A stretch of 53,544 nt of DNA from Paraglomus brasilianum (Eukaryota), in the NCBI GenBank assembly GCA_910592345.1, contig CAJVPI010000105.1, positions 1 to 53,544 on the forward strand. The letters are read 5' to 3'. This document shows, piece after piece, positions 23,367 to 35,834 of this stretch; position 1 is the first letter of the stretch, and each line of letters opens with the position of its first letter. The translations under genes were made by a program, and so were the position numbers. A model generated the notes under the pieces. That model worked only from the letters and a program-made list of their open reading frames with translations, was not told the origin of the DNA and searched no databases.

Positions 23367-24165
23367 CATGTAATTGCCATTTAAAATTGATTCTCGTCTT
23401 GGTTGACGCGCTCCATGACATGACAAATTCGGTTAATTATGCCTCAGCCAAAAAAACGCTCCTCCTGCGTCCATATTGTAAGCCAATTTTTGTTAGATCT
23501 GGGCCTTTATAGATTATCTGGGAATATTATAGCCAATAAAGTCTAGTAGAACTTTTTGTCGAATGATAATACCATTTCCCTTTCGGTATATATACACACC
23601 TCCTGCCTCCCGTCTTTCTTAGCGTAAGGCAAATTGTTGTCCCCCATCTAAACCTTACTTCCTGAGTTGTCGTATTATTTTCTGGGTAGTTATGATTTCG
23701 ACTATTACTATCTCTAATTTGCTCTGCTATTGACATTAAATTAAAATACTTGATATTAAACTTTACTTTTACACCGTATCTGTCTAACTCATTTCTAGAC
23801 ATAATAAAAGATACAATCTCGAGTGTGTGTGTCAAACTGCATGAACGTCAACAGGAAACATCAATATCAGGTATTTAAAAAGTATAATATGGAGTCCTCT
23901 TTTGCACTACTCTTCAATTTTAGTCATTCCCTTTTTGTCTCGACTTGGTACGAGTATCACTTTTATTAGAAACACATTAGCCAAACAAACGCCAAACCTG
24001 TTCCTTAAATTAATTATTAGACAACCCTAATATTAATATTATTAATATGTGGCGTTTTACCAAGTTTAACATAACTCGTATATTTTCTCTATTACATAGC
24101 AGACTCTGTGCCACAAATTAGTATCCCATTGTCGCTTCAGAGAACGTTTTAACTCCTGTTGCTAG

Positions 24166-26791
24166 ATGGGGCGATTAGTATTTGAATTGCTCTTAGCGCT
24201 GCTAATTACAGGGCTATCTCGATTTAGTACAATCAAATACAAATACCCAACCCCGGCACATGACGCAAATCAATGTTCAGGCTACAGACTGACGTCAATA
24301 TCCCCCACTGATCATGGTTTAAATGGGTCGCTCGTACTCGCCGGTAATTCATGCAATGTTTATGGAAACGACATTTCCAATCTTGCATTAGAAGTGACGT
24401 ATGAAACCGACGACATACTGCACGTCAAAATATACGACGTTGAGGAACGTCAATTCCAAGTTCCCGATTACGTACTACCACGAAAGCGCTTCCAGGGAGC
24501 AAAAAATCCAGCATACGAATTCAGTTATACAGACAACACGTTCGGTTTTGTGGTAAAGAGGAAAAATAATGGGGAGGTGCTGTTCAATAGCACAGGTGTG
24601 CAAATGGTGTTCGAAGATCAGTTTGTCAAATTTGGCAGTCAAGTCCATGACATTATGAATGTTTATGGGTTGGGTGAGAATATAGACAATTTCCTCAGAC
24701 CACGTAACAGCGTTTCTACTTTATGGTAATAATAATAATAATAATGACTATTAGAATGCTTGTCTTGTATTTTGAGAGCATTTAAATATTGAGTATTATG
24801 TTCTCTCTCACAATTCTTGCAGGACACGTGACATAGGCTCTCCATTACGTGAAAACATTTATGGCGTTCATCCATTCTATCTCGATTTGCGCCGTTCAGG
24901 TCGCTCTCATGGTGTTTTCCTACGTAATAGCCATGGAATGGACGTATTTCTCTCGTCAACGTCAAACACATCCGAGATCGAGTATCGCGCTCTGGGTGGT
25001 GTTATTGATCTGTACTTTATTCTTGGTGGTGAAGATGGGAGTCCAAAGACAGTTATAGAACAGTATACCGATATAATTGGTAAGCCACACATGCCTAATT
25101 ATTGGGCGTTAGGATGGCATCAATGTCGGTGGGGATACAAAACGATTGAAATGGTTAAGGAAGTCGTAGAGAACTACAAAAAGGCCGAAATACCACTCGA
25201 GGTTATGTGGACTGACATCGACTATATGGATCAATACAGAGACTTTACGTTTCATCCCATCAACTTTCCCTTATCCAAAGTGCAATCATTCCTTGCAGAA
25301 CTTCATTCTCAAAATCAAAAGCACGTTCTTATTGTTGATCCAGCCATCTATAATGGTGATGATTACGCCCCGTATAAAGAAGGTGCCGACTTGGACGTGT
25401 TTATCAAGAACCGTGATGGATCTATATACTACGGTCGTGTATGGCCTGGATATACGGCGTTTCCTGATTGGTTTGCTCCGAATACTCAGTCATGGTGGAC
25501 TAGACAATTTCAGAGATTCTTGAAGGATGTTCCGGTAGACGGAATATGGATCGATATGAACGAGCCAGCGTCGTTCTGCTTTGGTTCGTGTGGAACTGGT
25601 CATCCGCCTGGCGAGCCTCCGGGGGATTCACCAGGTGACCCCGTGTTTGGCCCTGGTGTACCCGACTATAATTTACTTAATCCACCGTATAGTATTCGTA
25701 ATGGATCTCCATACTTGTCTAGTAAGACAGTGGCTACCAACGCAACACATTGGAACAACTACACCGAATATCAGACGCATAATCTATATGGACATATGGA
25801 AGGGATAGCAACATACAAGACACTAATTACTATCAATCCGAAAACAAGGCCATTTATCCTGAGTAGATCGACGTTCCCCGGGTCGGGAGCATATGTGGGA
25901 CATTGGTCAGGAGACAACTGGGCATCATGGCCGTACTTGTATTATTCTATTCCGGGCATACTGAACTTCCAGATGTATGGTATTCCATACGTTGGGGCCG
26001 ATGTATGTGGATTCAATGAAAGTACAGATGAAGAGTTATGTAATAGATGGCATTCGCTCGGTGCATTCTATCCTTTTGCCAGAAATCACAACGCGCATAA
26101 TACAATAGCACAGGAACCATACGTGTGGAAATCAGTCACCGAAGCCACAAAAAAAGCATTGCATGTGAGATACACCCTTCTTCCATACTATTACACTCTA
26201 TTCGCTGTTGCCCATGAGAAGGGTACGCCTGTGTGGAGAGCACTAATGTTTGAATTCACTGATGATTACGAGACATGGAACATTGATAAACAATTTATGA
26301 TTGGGCCAGCCGTATTAGTGACTCCCGTTCTTGAGGCTGGACATGTGGATGTGGAAGGATATTTCCCAAAAGGAATCTGGTATGATTGGTATACTCATGA
26401 TCCTATTTATGGGGCGAACTGGACAAAAGTCGATGCTCCACTAGGTCATATTCCCGTTCATATTCGTGGTGGGAGTATAATATTGACTCAGCGTCCTGCT
26501 TATACTACTACCGAATCAAGGGAGCAACCGTTTGAATTGATAGTTGCCTTGGATGAGACTGGTCATGCAAGTGGGGAAGCTTATCTTGATGACGGTGTAT
26601 CGTTAGAACCAGTCGAGTCATTACGGATAAGTTTTCGTATTTGTGACAAATGGCAAGTAGTAATGACATCAGTTGGATCATACAAACCTAATGCTAAACT
26701 AGAGAAATTAATTATTATCGGCGTTGGATTGGATTTAGTTATTGATGACGTTCATGTTGATATGGACAAGAATGCAATTATTACCTTTTAG
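24166..26791 (+). CDS. Glycoside hydrolase family 31 alpha-glucosidase with N-terminal signal peptide/anchor
   Basis: Exons 24166-24725 and 24823-26791. Motifs YGLGE, GVHPFY, GWHQCRWGY, WTDIDYM, catalytic WIDMNEP, HWSGDN, GADVCGF, FYPFARNHN. Hydrophobic N-terminus. Confidence 0.93.
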
Positions 26792-27728
26792 AGAAAATAA
26801 ACAACATAATTATTTGATAGGGGTTAAAATAGCTTTATTGTAGAGTTGCTGATAATAGTAGAAGATGTTCCTTCTTAACAATTTTCATATTACCAGCGAA
26901 CATGTCTAAGTGTAGGAAAATGATACATATTAAGAGACGCGATCAGGCAATTTATGAGAATGACAGTCTCTCGCGTATCCAATGAGCTTCCCATTTGGAA
27001 ACGATACTTGTCGCGCCAGTATGTCTTGCAGAATAATGATATCGCGTTCGGACGTTTCTTCCTACCGATAATTATAACTTTAATTCTCTTCTTCAATTAC
27101 CGCCTGTTGTAAGCCACCTATAATTATGCGCTTGCTGCCCGTATTTCTGCATACTTTTGGCCTCCTAATCATTTACAGGGAGAATTCTCGATATTTTCCC
27201 CGATTTGTATGCGAATCGAGGGTTTATCAGATGTCCAAAAACACTTGTGAAACGCTAGGACGTTCGTTAATTGGGATTGTACAGCACGCATAATAAAAAA
27301 CAAGCTTATAAATTCCCCCATTTTACTTTGCATCAAACATTAAAATAACAATAATACTTCAAGTTCTTTGATTAAATTATCATAATCCAAGCCGTTCGCT
27401 TCTTGATAGATTTTTTGCCAAAAATATGATTTACCATGAGAGTCAACACATTTTTTGCCCGTGATTTGAAGTCATAAGTAAGATTGCCTTTGAAGATAGT
27501 TTACAACGACAACGGTCATGAATATTGGTAGATTTTTACTGTCTAACGATTCGCCCTCTATATTTATTTTTATTATCACTTATTTCGTAATTAGGAAACA
27601 GTTAGGGATTTAGTTCGATAAGTCGTGACCGACTTATTTAATAGTAAGCTTAATGTAAAAAACGTGCAATTACAATAGATGATTGTTTTAGTGAAGACAA
27701 ACAATATAATTTAGCTAATTCTAATTTA

Positions 27729-28239
27729 CAGTGTGTTACAAAAGTCTTTGGACAATCAATAAATTAAAAGTCCTTCCGATTCTGTGTGAACATGGCTGAC
27801 CAATTCATGTTGATATCACATTTCTGAAGCTAATAAGGCGCTTGGTAAGAAGTAGCAGCTCCAAAAACATGATTCTAGACATACAAGCAAATAGCCAAAG
27901 AATTCCTTTATCGACTATTATAGACTACCCTCTAACAGTCTGGATATAAACCCTAGTGAAAATTATGGCCATTGTCAAGGGAAGAGTGGGGAAACAACGA
28001 CCAAGAAATATTGCAGGATTAGAACAGTTTGTGATATATAATATTCCGCTAAATGTTATAAATTAATTTAATTGAGTCAATTAAGGGATGCTGTCAGCTT
28101 ACCTTAACCTGTTGATAAATACTTGATTAACTTTTTAATAAAATTGTCTAGTTTTTTGCTTTCAAACGAGTATTTAGTTGTCTGATATAACGCAGCTGTG
28201 TCGAAAATATCTGTATCCAAAGACTTTTGTAACACACTG
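27729..28239 (+). mobile_element. Internally deleted Tc1/mariner element (511 bp)
   Basis: Perfect 24-bp TIRs CAGTGTGTTACAAAAGTCTTTGGA with TA at 27727-28 and 28240-41. Internal remnant PSNSLDINPSEN..AIVKGRVGKQRPRN corresponds to the Tc1 SPDLNPIEN region. Confidence 0.85.
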
Positions 28240-28329
28240 TAGATAATTGGATTTGCTCGATCGAGGCATTTTTGAGAAAAAATAAACGTACGATGGGATT
28301 ACAATGCAAGCCGGTCAAATAATCAATTG

Positions 28330-29141
28330 ATTAACCTTAAATGGAAATAATTGCAAATTTATAAGTTCGATCGATAAAATCATTTGAAAAATCGGGTCTT
28401 GCTCAAGACGATCGAATTACTGGAAAGACAAATTATTATTATAGAAAGTCGTACTTTACAATGGTTATTACACAAAAGAGCTTTTATTCGGGCTTAGCCT
28501 GGTCATTTTCATAAATGAAACTAACGTACGGTACGCTTGCGTACGGATCGTTGTATGCGCGTTCATTAATACATTTCGGCGTTTGTGGCCCTATCTACAA
28601 AATTGAGGGTCGAAAGTTTCAAAAAACAGTTGGTAGATACCGTGCGACATCTTGTGATGCTGTTATGTTTAAATAAGACATTGAAGTCGTTGATAGCATT
28701 CCTAGCCGGCTGTTTCCAGACGGTAAACATCGATAGCAACTAGAGTATAGAACGAAAGGAAGAAAAATCTAGAGTCATCTGATCGAACGTTCCTTACCTG
28801 AAGCGATACTTATTTGACTGGCAAGTGTGACAGAGAAAAAAGAACGAAGTTAAGCCATATTATTGATTATTCTTATATTTCTTATATGTAAACATACCGC
28901 ACAACATCTTTTCAGATAAGTGAATCTCTCGTTATAACTGTCACCTGGGATTGTTCAATACAAGGTCTAAAAAATTTCTAAGATGTGATTTATTGGTGAA
29001 AAATACGCGCATGTCGGTCCTTTCTGTTGTTGGAAAACCCTCTTCGCCGAGACTCTCACCGAGTCGGCTAATCTCTTGACAAATAGCAATTACTAGTTTA
29101 TTGCCTGTAGTTGAGCTAGTTGAGCTAGTTGAGCTGGACAT
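28330..29141 (-). pseudogene. Orphan gene family copy 1 (frameshifted), function unknown
   Basis: MSSST..AICQEISRLGESLGEEGFPTTERTDMRVFFTNKSHLRNFLDLVLN aligns to copy 2. An 11-bp deletion near 28955 shifts the frame. Downstream intron-like segments are shared with copy 2. The 3' end is approximate. Confidence 0.6.
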
Positions 29142-29848
29142 TTGGTTCACAAGTTGTCCGAATAAGAAGTTTTTTGGTTTTTTTTTTTTTTTTGCAGAAA
29201 GCTACAAAAGATAATTGGCCCATCCTCCCATTTTACCTAGTATTCTACATTTTACCTCCATTACGTCACAATCTGATTAAAAATTCCATTAATATGTGTA
29301 ACATTTGTTGGCGCTAATGCTAATCAGTCTATCACAGTTTTGCGGTGAACGAGTATTTATAAATGTAAGCTACCCCCATATTAATAGAGTCACGACCAAA
29401 TGTAAAATTTAATGCCACAAATTGACAAAATGGGAAGATTTACTGTATCGTTGCACAAAAACACTAATTTTTAAGTACTTATCGTTAGTTAATAAGGAAT
29501 GATAAAAAAGTTGCTTGAATAGTATGTTTTTCTTGCCGTTCTTAATATTTTCTATGACAAGATATAACCACTTGGCAGTTTTATTTACCCTATAAACTTT
29601 ATAGTCACCACCCTGAATGTACAGGTATATTGTGTTTATATACTCACGATTCGTACGTTCAATTGTTAATCACACTGTAGTTGTAATTCTGCCTCTATCG
29701 ATGGGATTAATTTCGATAGTCCGGGGGATAATTGTAAACGCGTTTATTATTAGAATAATTAACAATCGTATTCAGCCAATTCCTAGATTCGATGGACAAG
29801 ATCAAATGTGAGAAAGGAGAGGGAGAGTGGGAGGGAAGGGGAGAAACA

Positions 29849-30483
29849 CTAATCACTGAAAGTATTCGATCCATCGTATCCAAATAGCCTGATATTCGTG
29901 AACTGCATATCCACCCCAATCGTATAAACCAAATCGCATAATAGTCGTATGGTATGTAGAATCTTCGAAATCTGCGTAGGCACTGAATCATCATCCCAAT
30001 CAGTATACTCTTCGAGCTCAGTGCGATCAATAGACAATTATTTTTACAAAAATAGTTACACTAAAGAGCTTTTATTCGAGTTACTAGAGTGTAGAACGAA
30101 AAGAAGAAAAATCTAGACCATCGACGATCAAACGACGATTGCGTCTTAATAATAATAAGTAAAGGAACGGTCGATTAAAATTTATATGACAGACGAAAAA
30201 AGAACAAAGTTTAAGCCATATTATTGATTATTCTTATACTTATATATGATAACATACTGTGCAACAATTCTTTCAGGTAATCGAATCTCTCATCATAGCT
30301 GTCATCTGGGATTGTGCCGAGAACGTTCAATACAAGGTCTAAAAACCTTGTATAATGCGATTTATTGGTGAAAAATAGGCGCAAAGCGGTCCTGTCTGTT
30401 ATCGGAAAACCCTCTTCGCCGAGATGAGCAGCGAGTCGGCTAATCTCTCGAAAAACATCAATTGCTTTTTCAATGCCTGACAT
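29849..30483 (-). pseudogene. Orphan gene family copy 2 (internal deletion), function unknown
   Basis: MSGIEKAIDVFREISRLAAHLGEEGFPITDRTALRLFFTNKSHYTRFLDLVLNVLGTIPDDSYDERFDYLKE. About 245 bp present in copy 1 (~28497-28738) is missing at ~30083. Confidence 0.55.
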
Positions 30484-30649
30484 TTGGTATATACAAAATC
30501 TCACAAGTTGTCCGAATAAGCAGTGATTTTTTTTTTTTTTTGACAAAAAGGCAGAGAACTAGAGATTTGATTCATTGTAGTTTTATCATCTGTCACACCA
30601 AATCATTACAAGTCATGTGATAGATGTGAAAAGTCTTTATTAATGCAAC

Positions 30650-30698
30650 AAAAAAAAAAAAAAAAAAAAAAAAAAGAAGAAGAAGAAGAAGAAGAAGA
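30650..30698. repeat. Poly(A) run followed by (GAA)n
   Basis: Run of ~25 A followed by ~8 GAA units. Confidence 0.85.
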
Positions 30699-30717
30699 AA
30701 AGCAAATGATGATTGGC

Positions 30718-32493
30718 CACTATATGATGAGAAATATACAGTTAATTTTCATGCTTCATTTTTGTCAAGAGATGCTCCCAGGTATGATATCTCTGATCTG
30801 GACTTAATATAATTCTAATACCTTATCAAGTGGGATCCTGGTTTCTTCAAATTTATCACAAAAGTACACAATACTTTTTATTTGCTTGACTATTGTAATT
30901 TACTTGAACTTAACACAAGCCCTGTAGCTTGACAAAATGTACTGTCAATGTCGATAATATGATTACTTCCTGATTGCATTCATTTATGTTCATGATCTCA
31001 AAGGAAATCATATATTGAGGGAGGTTTCATAAAATATTTGATCTACTGATATGCAAACAATCAGGTTATAATTAGAGAATGTTGCAGATGTGTCTGTTGT
31101 TGCTTAAGCTTCATCTATAGCTTGCTAGCTATTGAAGCATGTTTACCCCCATCTTTATTAACTTAAGAAATAATCAAACAGTTACAAGTGTTACAGGTAA
31201 TATAATTATACTGTGATGCTACGATGTTAACGGTGACGTATTCTCTCACGGTGCGGGTAACACCAACGCAACTGCGGAAATAGCAGACGTACGTACACGA
31301 GACGCAGCGTCAGTACAGACAATAGTAATAATAGAGCAGCGTTGCAGTTAATAACATATACTGATAGCAACAGTTTAGGTAATTAGTAATCGCTGCTAAA
31401 AATAGATCAATTAGTTCACTCGAAAGATATATAAGCAGTATAAATGCGATACTCGTTTATTAACAATAATATAAAAAGAACTGAATGAATCAAAGCTACT
31501 GAACACACTATGCGAACACACCGACTCTACATTATTGATATCATATTCTCCGAATTGGTCGGTATAGCTGAGAAATCGCTAATCCCTATATCGGCAAAGG
31601 ATAATTACCTGTCCCGTGGTTATCCGAGACGATAATTAACAGAAACGCGTTTATTTTTATTAATACACCGTACCCAAATCAATAGACCACCGAATTAATC
31701 ACACGGTATATAATACTTAAGGATCGTAAGTGTAAAGCCTTGAAGTTCGCGCTCCGTCGAAGATAGCTAAATACCCAGTGTCGCTTATTACCTGCTATCC
31801 GTGACAACAATACCATCTAGGACTGGGGAATTGGCTATTAAAAGATTGTTTCTATAATTGGCTGTTGTTTTTAAGTTCTGACCAGTCTTGGTCTTGCATC
31901 AAAAAAGCATATTTGATGATGCTTGCTATTTGTACAATTGCAGTTCCAGTTGATTCCGCCCATCCTGGGTTTTTATTTCAACAAAACATAGTGGTATAGG
32001 TTTTTCTTTGTTGATAACGTATGACGTTCAAATAGCTTTAAGCTGACTCTAGAGCAAAGATACGCCCTTTGTAAATGTTAATTACCTGTTTGGCGAAATT
32101 GTGGCAAGAAAAACACAATTGTTATTCTGCAATATATTTTTAATTTGTTTCATAGTCTGATCTATTGCTCTTACTTAAAAGACATGGCATGTTCAATGAG
32201 CAAAATGCTTGCTTCAAAAGTATCAAGAATGTTTGGCCCGGGGTAGAAAAGGGAGGCTTAAGTATACTCGGGAGACTTATTTTTCTCACCCAAAGAAATC
32301 TCCCCATAGCACATGACTTAAACACAATTTATAATTACTGTGGCTTATTTCTGTATTAAGTGTATCTAAGTTAGAAAACATAAAATAAAATAGAGTCATG
32401 ACACAAGAAGCGCACAATGTAATCGAGTCATAACTTTGTAGCTAAATTCAATAGACGCGATTATTGTCATAAAAAGTTTTTGTCGTTGTAGTG
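30718..32493. mobile_element. Old CpG-depleted TE-like relic, possibly CACTA-type, interrupted by a candidate solo LTR
   Basis: Ends CACTATATGATGAGAAA (30718) and TTTTTGTCGTTGTAGTG (32493, = CACTACA on the minus strand). Only one CpG in 30721-31188. No matching 3-bp TSD and no recognisable transposase motif. Confidence 0.3.
31189..31806. mobile_element. Candidate solo LTR (~618 bp)
   Basis: TG...CA ends with imperfect inverted termini (TGTTACAGGTA / TATCCGTGACA), 5-bp flanks ACAAG / ACAAT, internal TATATAAG, and a sharp switch to CpG-rich composition relative to the flanks. Confidence 0.45.
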
Positions 32494-33527
32494 CAGTGTT
32501 AAGGTGTTGAATGTGTCAATAATATGTTTAAGACTCATAATGAAATATTATATATTCATCGTCGACACATAAGTAGTTCCAATTAACGAATCGAAGTAAT
32601 GTCGCCCTTTTTAATTATACTCCTTCGATAAGGAACTATGTCAGTTGTTCTGGTAAAGTTTCTACCCTTGTTCGTAAGTTGTTGGCGCAGGTGTATCGTT
32701 GAAGAAGTCGTCCTATCAGCTATCTTCCCCCGTCAGATTTGGCAATCGAGGTTGCTAAAATTAGCGATCACTGTAGAGATAATCTCCAATGTAGGGAAGG
32801 TACCATAAATAATAATCATTGGGGATTAACAGACACTTTCAGTAATCGTGCTATTTATATTATTGTTTCTACTGCAACCTTATTTTATACATGCTTAATT
32901 AAATCACTCTAAAGGAAGATGACTCAAAATTAACATCCTAAACGATAGGGTGTTTTATTTTAGTAATTTAGCTTACTACTGTAGTCTAGAGTAATAAGTA
33001 TATTCAGTGATAGTGAATAACTGTATATTAATGTACGTAACCACGCTCGACATTAGCTGACGCCTTAAATGAAGCGGGTATGTTAGCGAGACCGTGTTTT
33101 GAGAATGTCTCCGGTCGATAATAATCACCTCCCAGGACCCAATTATCATCCAACGAATGTCTCATAACTTTACTAATCAACAATAATGGTAAACAATATT
33201 ACAGTATTAGCTACAGTACTTTGCCTATCCACATCAGCTCGATATGGTATGGTCAATTGCATGGTATTTTATATTTCCGACCGCCTAGTCAATAACGGCG
33301 GCATAGTAATAGTAATAGATTATCGGCGTCTAAACTGACAATTATTTTTCAGCCAACATCATAGAGTTATCATTAGCACTTTTTCACGTGATAACAAGCC
33401 AAGAGTTTAAACATTTATTGTCATCATGTCATAATCGCAGATTTAACGCCAGATATGAATATCATGTTCATAATAAATATTATAGCACCATTCAAATAAC
33501 CAACGCCACATCACATGATGTGATACA

Positions 33528-33792
33528 TTAATATCGAAGTATGATATAGAAAGCATGGACAATACCTGCAAACAGAAGGGAAACGATACGAGTTAGAGAT
33601 AACGTTCGGACAAGAAACCGTATGCTTACAAATTGTTATCATCGTAGAATGCCTACCCGGTATGTATCCCAAGATCGTTAAAGCAATGTTTATCAACAAG
33701 TCGATAGTACATCCAACTTCCAAAAGCACACCTAATGGTGGGAAGATCACGGCAAAGATAAATTTGAAGATGTCAGAGCATGTAAGAGCCAT
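33528..33792 (-). CDS. PMP3: Plasma membrane proteolipid 3 (Pmp3/UPF0057 family), 57 aa
   Basis: Exons 33792-33657 and 33565-33528 give MALTCSDIFKFIFAVIFPPLGVLLEVGCTIDLLINIALTILGYIPGIVHAFYIILRY, with the PPLGV and LGYIPG.HA signatures. Confidence 0.93.
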
Positions 33793-35118
33793 GGCTTATT
33801 TTCGAGTTAGGTTATTGAAGTAGTTTGGGATGAGTGGTTGACGTTTCTTGAAGGGCAGTTGATATTTTTTAGTGCTTTTCACTCTGCGAGTTGCAGAAGT
33901 TAGATGCAAAGCCTCCTCCTTTATATACATCTGTCCGCCTATCTATGACATTTTCTGATATCATCCGATAATCTCACTAACATCAAAATGGGGGGTTTTT
34001 TGGGTTACCCGGATATATCGATAACCTCCAAATTAGGAAGTATCTTGACGCCAATGTAAGAACAAGCAACTTATTGTAATGACTAAGTAAAGAAAGCAAC
34101 AGTGGAATAAACAAACCCATATCATTCGCTATATCACCATAGTAAACACAATAACAAGTTCTAAAATTTGACAAATCCCCATCGACATCATATCCACGGG
34201 CCCTTTATCGTGTTGTGTAAGAGTGTTTAACCAATTTAAAGATTGCTACACGGGGTACAATATTCTGTGTCGCTCAATGTAATTCGCTCGTATATTTGAA
34301 CAGTCGCTAATATTGGTACAGGTCTGGCTAAACCCTTCCCACTCATGACCTAAGAAGTAACACACAAGTTGTCATAATGCAGCAACAATCCAAATGGCGC
34401 AATAAGAAAGTTCGCATTATTGCATAATAAGAAGAAGTAAACCTTGTATTAACAGAAAAAAATTTTACTTGTCTGAACTTGTTGGCGCATCTGGTTATAA
34501 ATAGTAACAAGTAATAGTAACAGTAATAGTAATATAAAGTAACCCCATAAAAACATCTACAATCACGGGTCTATAAGCCACACCGTTAATTGTGGCTATG
34601 TTAACATGTGTGTTGCATCATCTCTGTGTTCACTTTCACATTCTTGATGTGAATTTTAGTCGACTCATCAGATCAAAGAGATTTGTAATGCCCCTCGTGT
34701 AATGATTTGGTTATTAATATTGATTTGAGTAATATTAAATTCAAAGCAACAAGTATGAAATATTATGTCCATGGGAAGGAGCGGACGGTCAAGCATCAAC
34801 GGATTGCCCATTTCAACGAATAGTTATTTAGTTAACAGTATACATTGTGAATATGGTGCTTCTAACACAACTTGCGAAATTCTGGAAAACCAATTTGGCC
34901 TGATATATATATAAGCGCAGACGTCAGATGCAGATGACCTTGAGCAAGAATTGTGGCTGACGATGAAGGAGTCGAGTCTCGTGTCACCAGAGAGAATACT
35001 CGCACGCCATCGGGACCCTGCATTAGGGAATAGCAGTTTGTGAAACGTAACGAGATGGCAAAATCGATCAAGTCGGTACTTGATCATTCAATTTTGACCC
35101 ATTATCAATATTTAAATC

Positions 35119-35170
35119 TCTCGACAAGTCGGCCCACCATGCATGACCGACTTGTCGAGTTTACACTGTA
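35119..35170. repeat. Short hairpin / minimal MITE remnant
   Basis: CTCGACAAGTCGG...CCGACTTGTCGAG inverted pair followed by TTTACACTGTA (TA-CAGT type end on the minus strand). Confidence 0.4.
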
Positions 35171-35425
35171 TGTTAATTTATTATTTAATTGAAATATTGG
35201 GTTTATTGTTGTTTGCTCGTTTGTTTCCAATACAAATCTTCCAAGACTGTTTACTAGTCTTATCTGATAAAATAAGCATAGAGTGACTTTTTTTTTAAAA
35301 ATGTTTCTACGATTTCTCTAATCAGTTGGTCATCATCTGGAATATCATGCACGATAGCCTCGTCAGGAATAAGCTGATCGATTTACTTGGGCCATCACGC
35401 GTTGGATCGTCAATCTCCACTGTTA

Positions 35426-35834
35426 CCGTAGACCATTGATATAGTACTCGGGATATATATCGAAAATTTGATTTGTACTATGTACGGTGAGGGGTGCTTT
35501 AAATTCTATTAACGGTGATATCGATATTATTGGACAATTTACCATACATATCAATATTGGTATATCTTGTCTCCGATAACGCGCATGGATGATGAAGTGT
35601 GAGAGTATATTCGTACACGAGAAATTAAGCGACCGTCTATGGGAAAATTATAAATGGCTTGAGAGGGCGTGAATACATTTCTAATCAGAAAGTCTTTCAA
35701 ATGCTGTGGTACGCGGTATTTCTATTACAAAAGACGGGACGGAAAATGGTTAGACTTTTGACTTGGAATGATAAATGCCATTTGTAACATGCGACATATG
35801 AAACTGACTCGTACCCGGGTCTAATGTACTACGG
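35426..35834 (+). mobile_element. Internally deleted pogo/Tigger-like element, same family as the MITE at 49239
   Basis: Left end TA|CCGTAGACCATTGATATAGTACTCGGG resembles the 49239 TIR. Right end GTACCCGGGTCTAATGTACTACGG. Internal remnant IKRPS...IRKSFKCCG/ISITKDGTEN..FD resembles pogo-type DDE_1 transposase C-termini. Confidence 0.65.

Noticed and set aside
32795..32835. INNNHWGL peptide reminiscent of the Ulp1/C48 protease His motif
   Set aside because: No downstream Asp or Q..DCG motif and no sustained frame.
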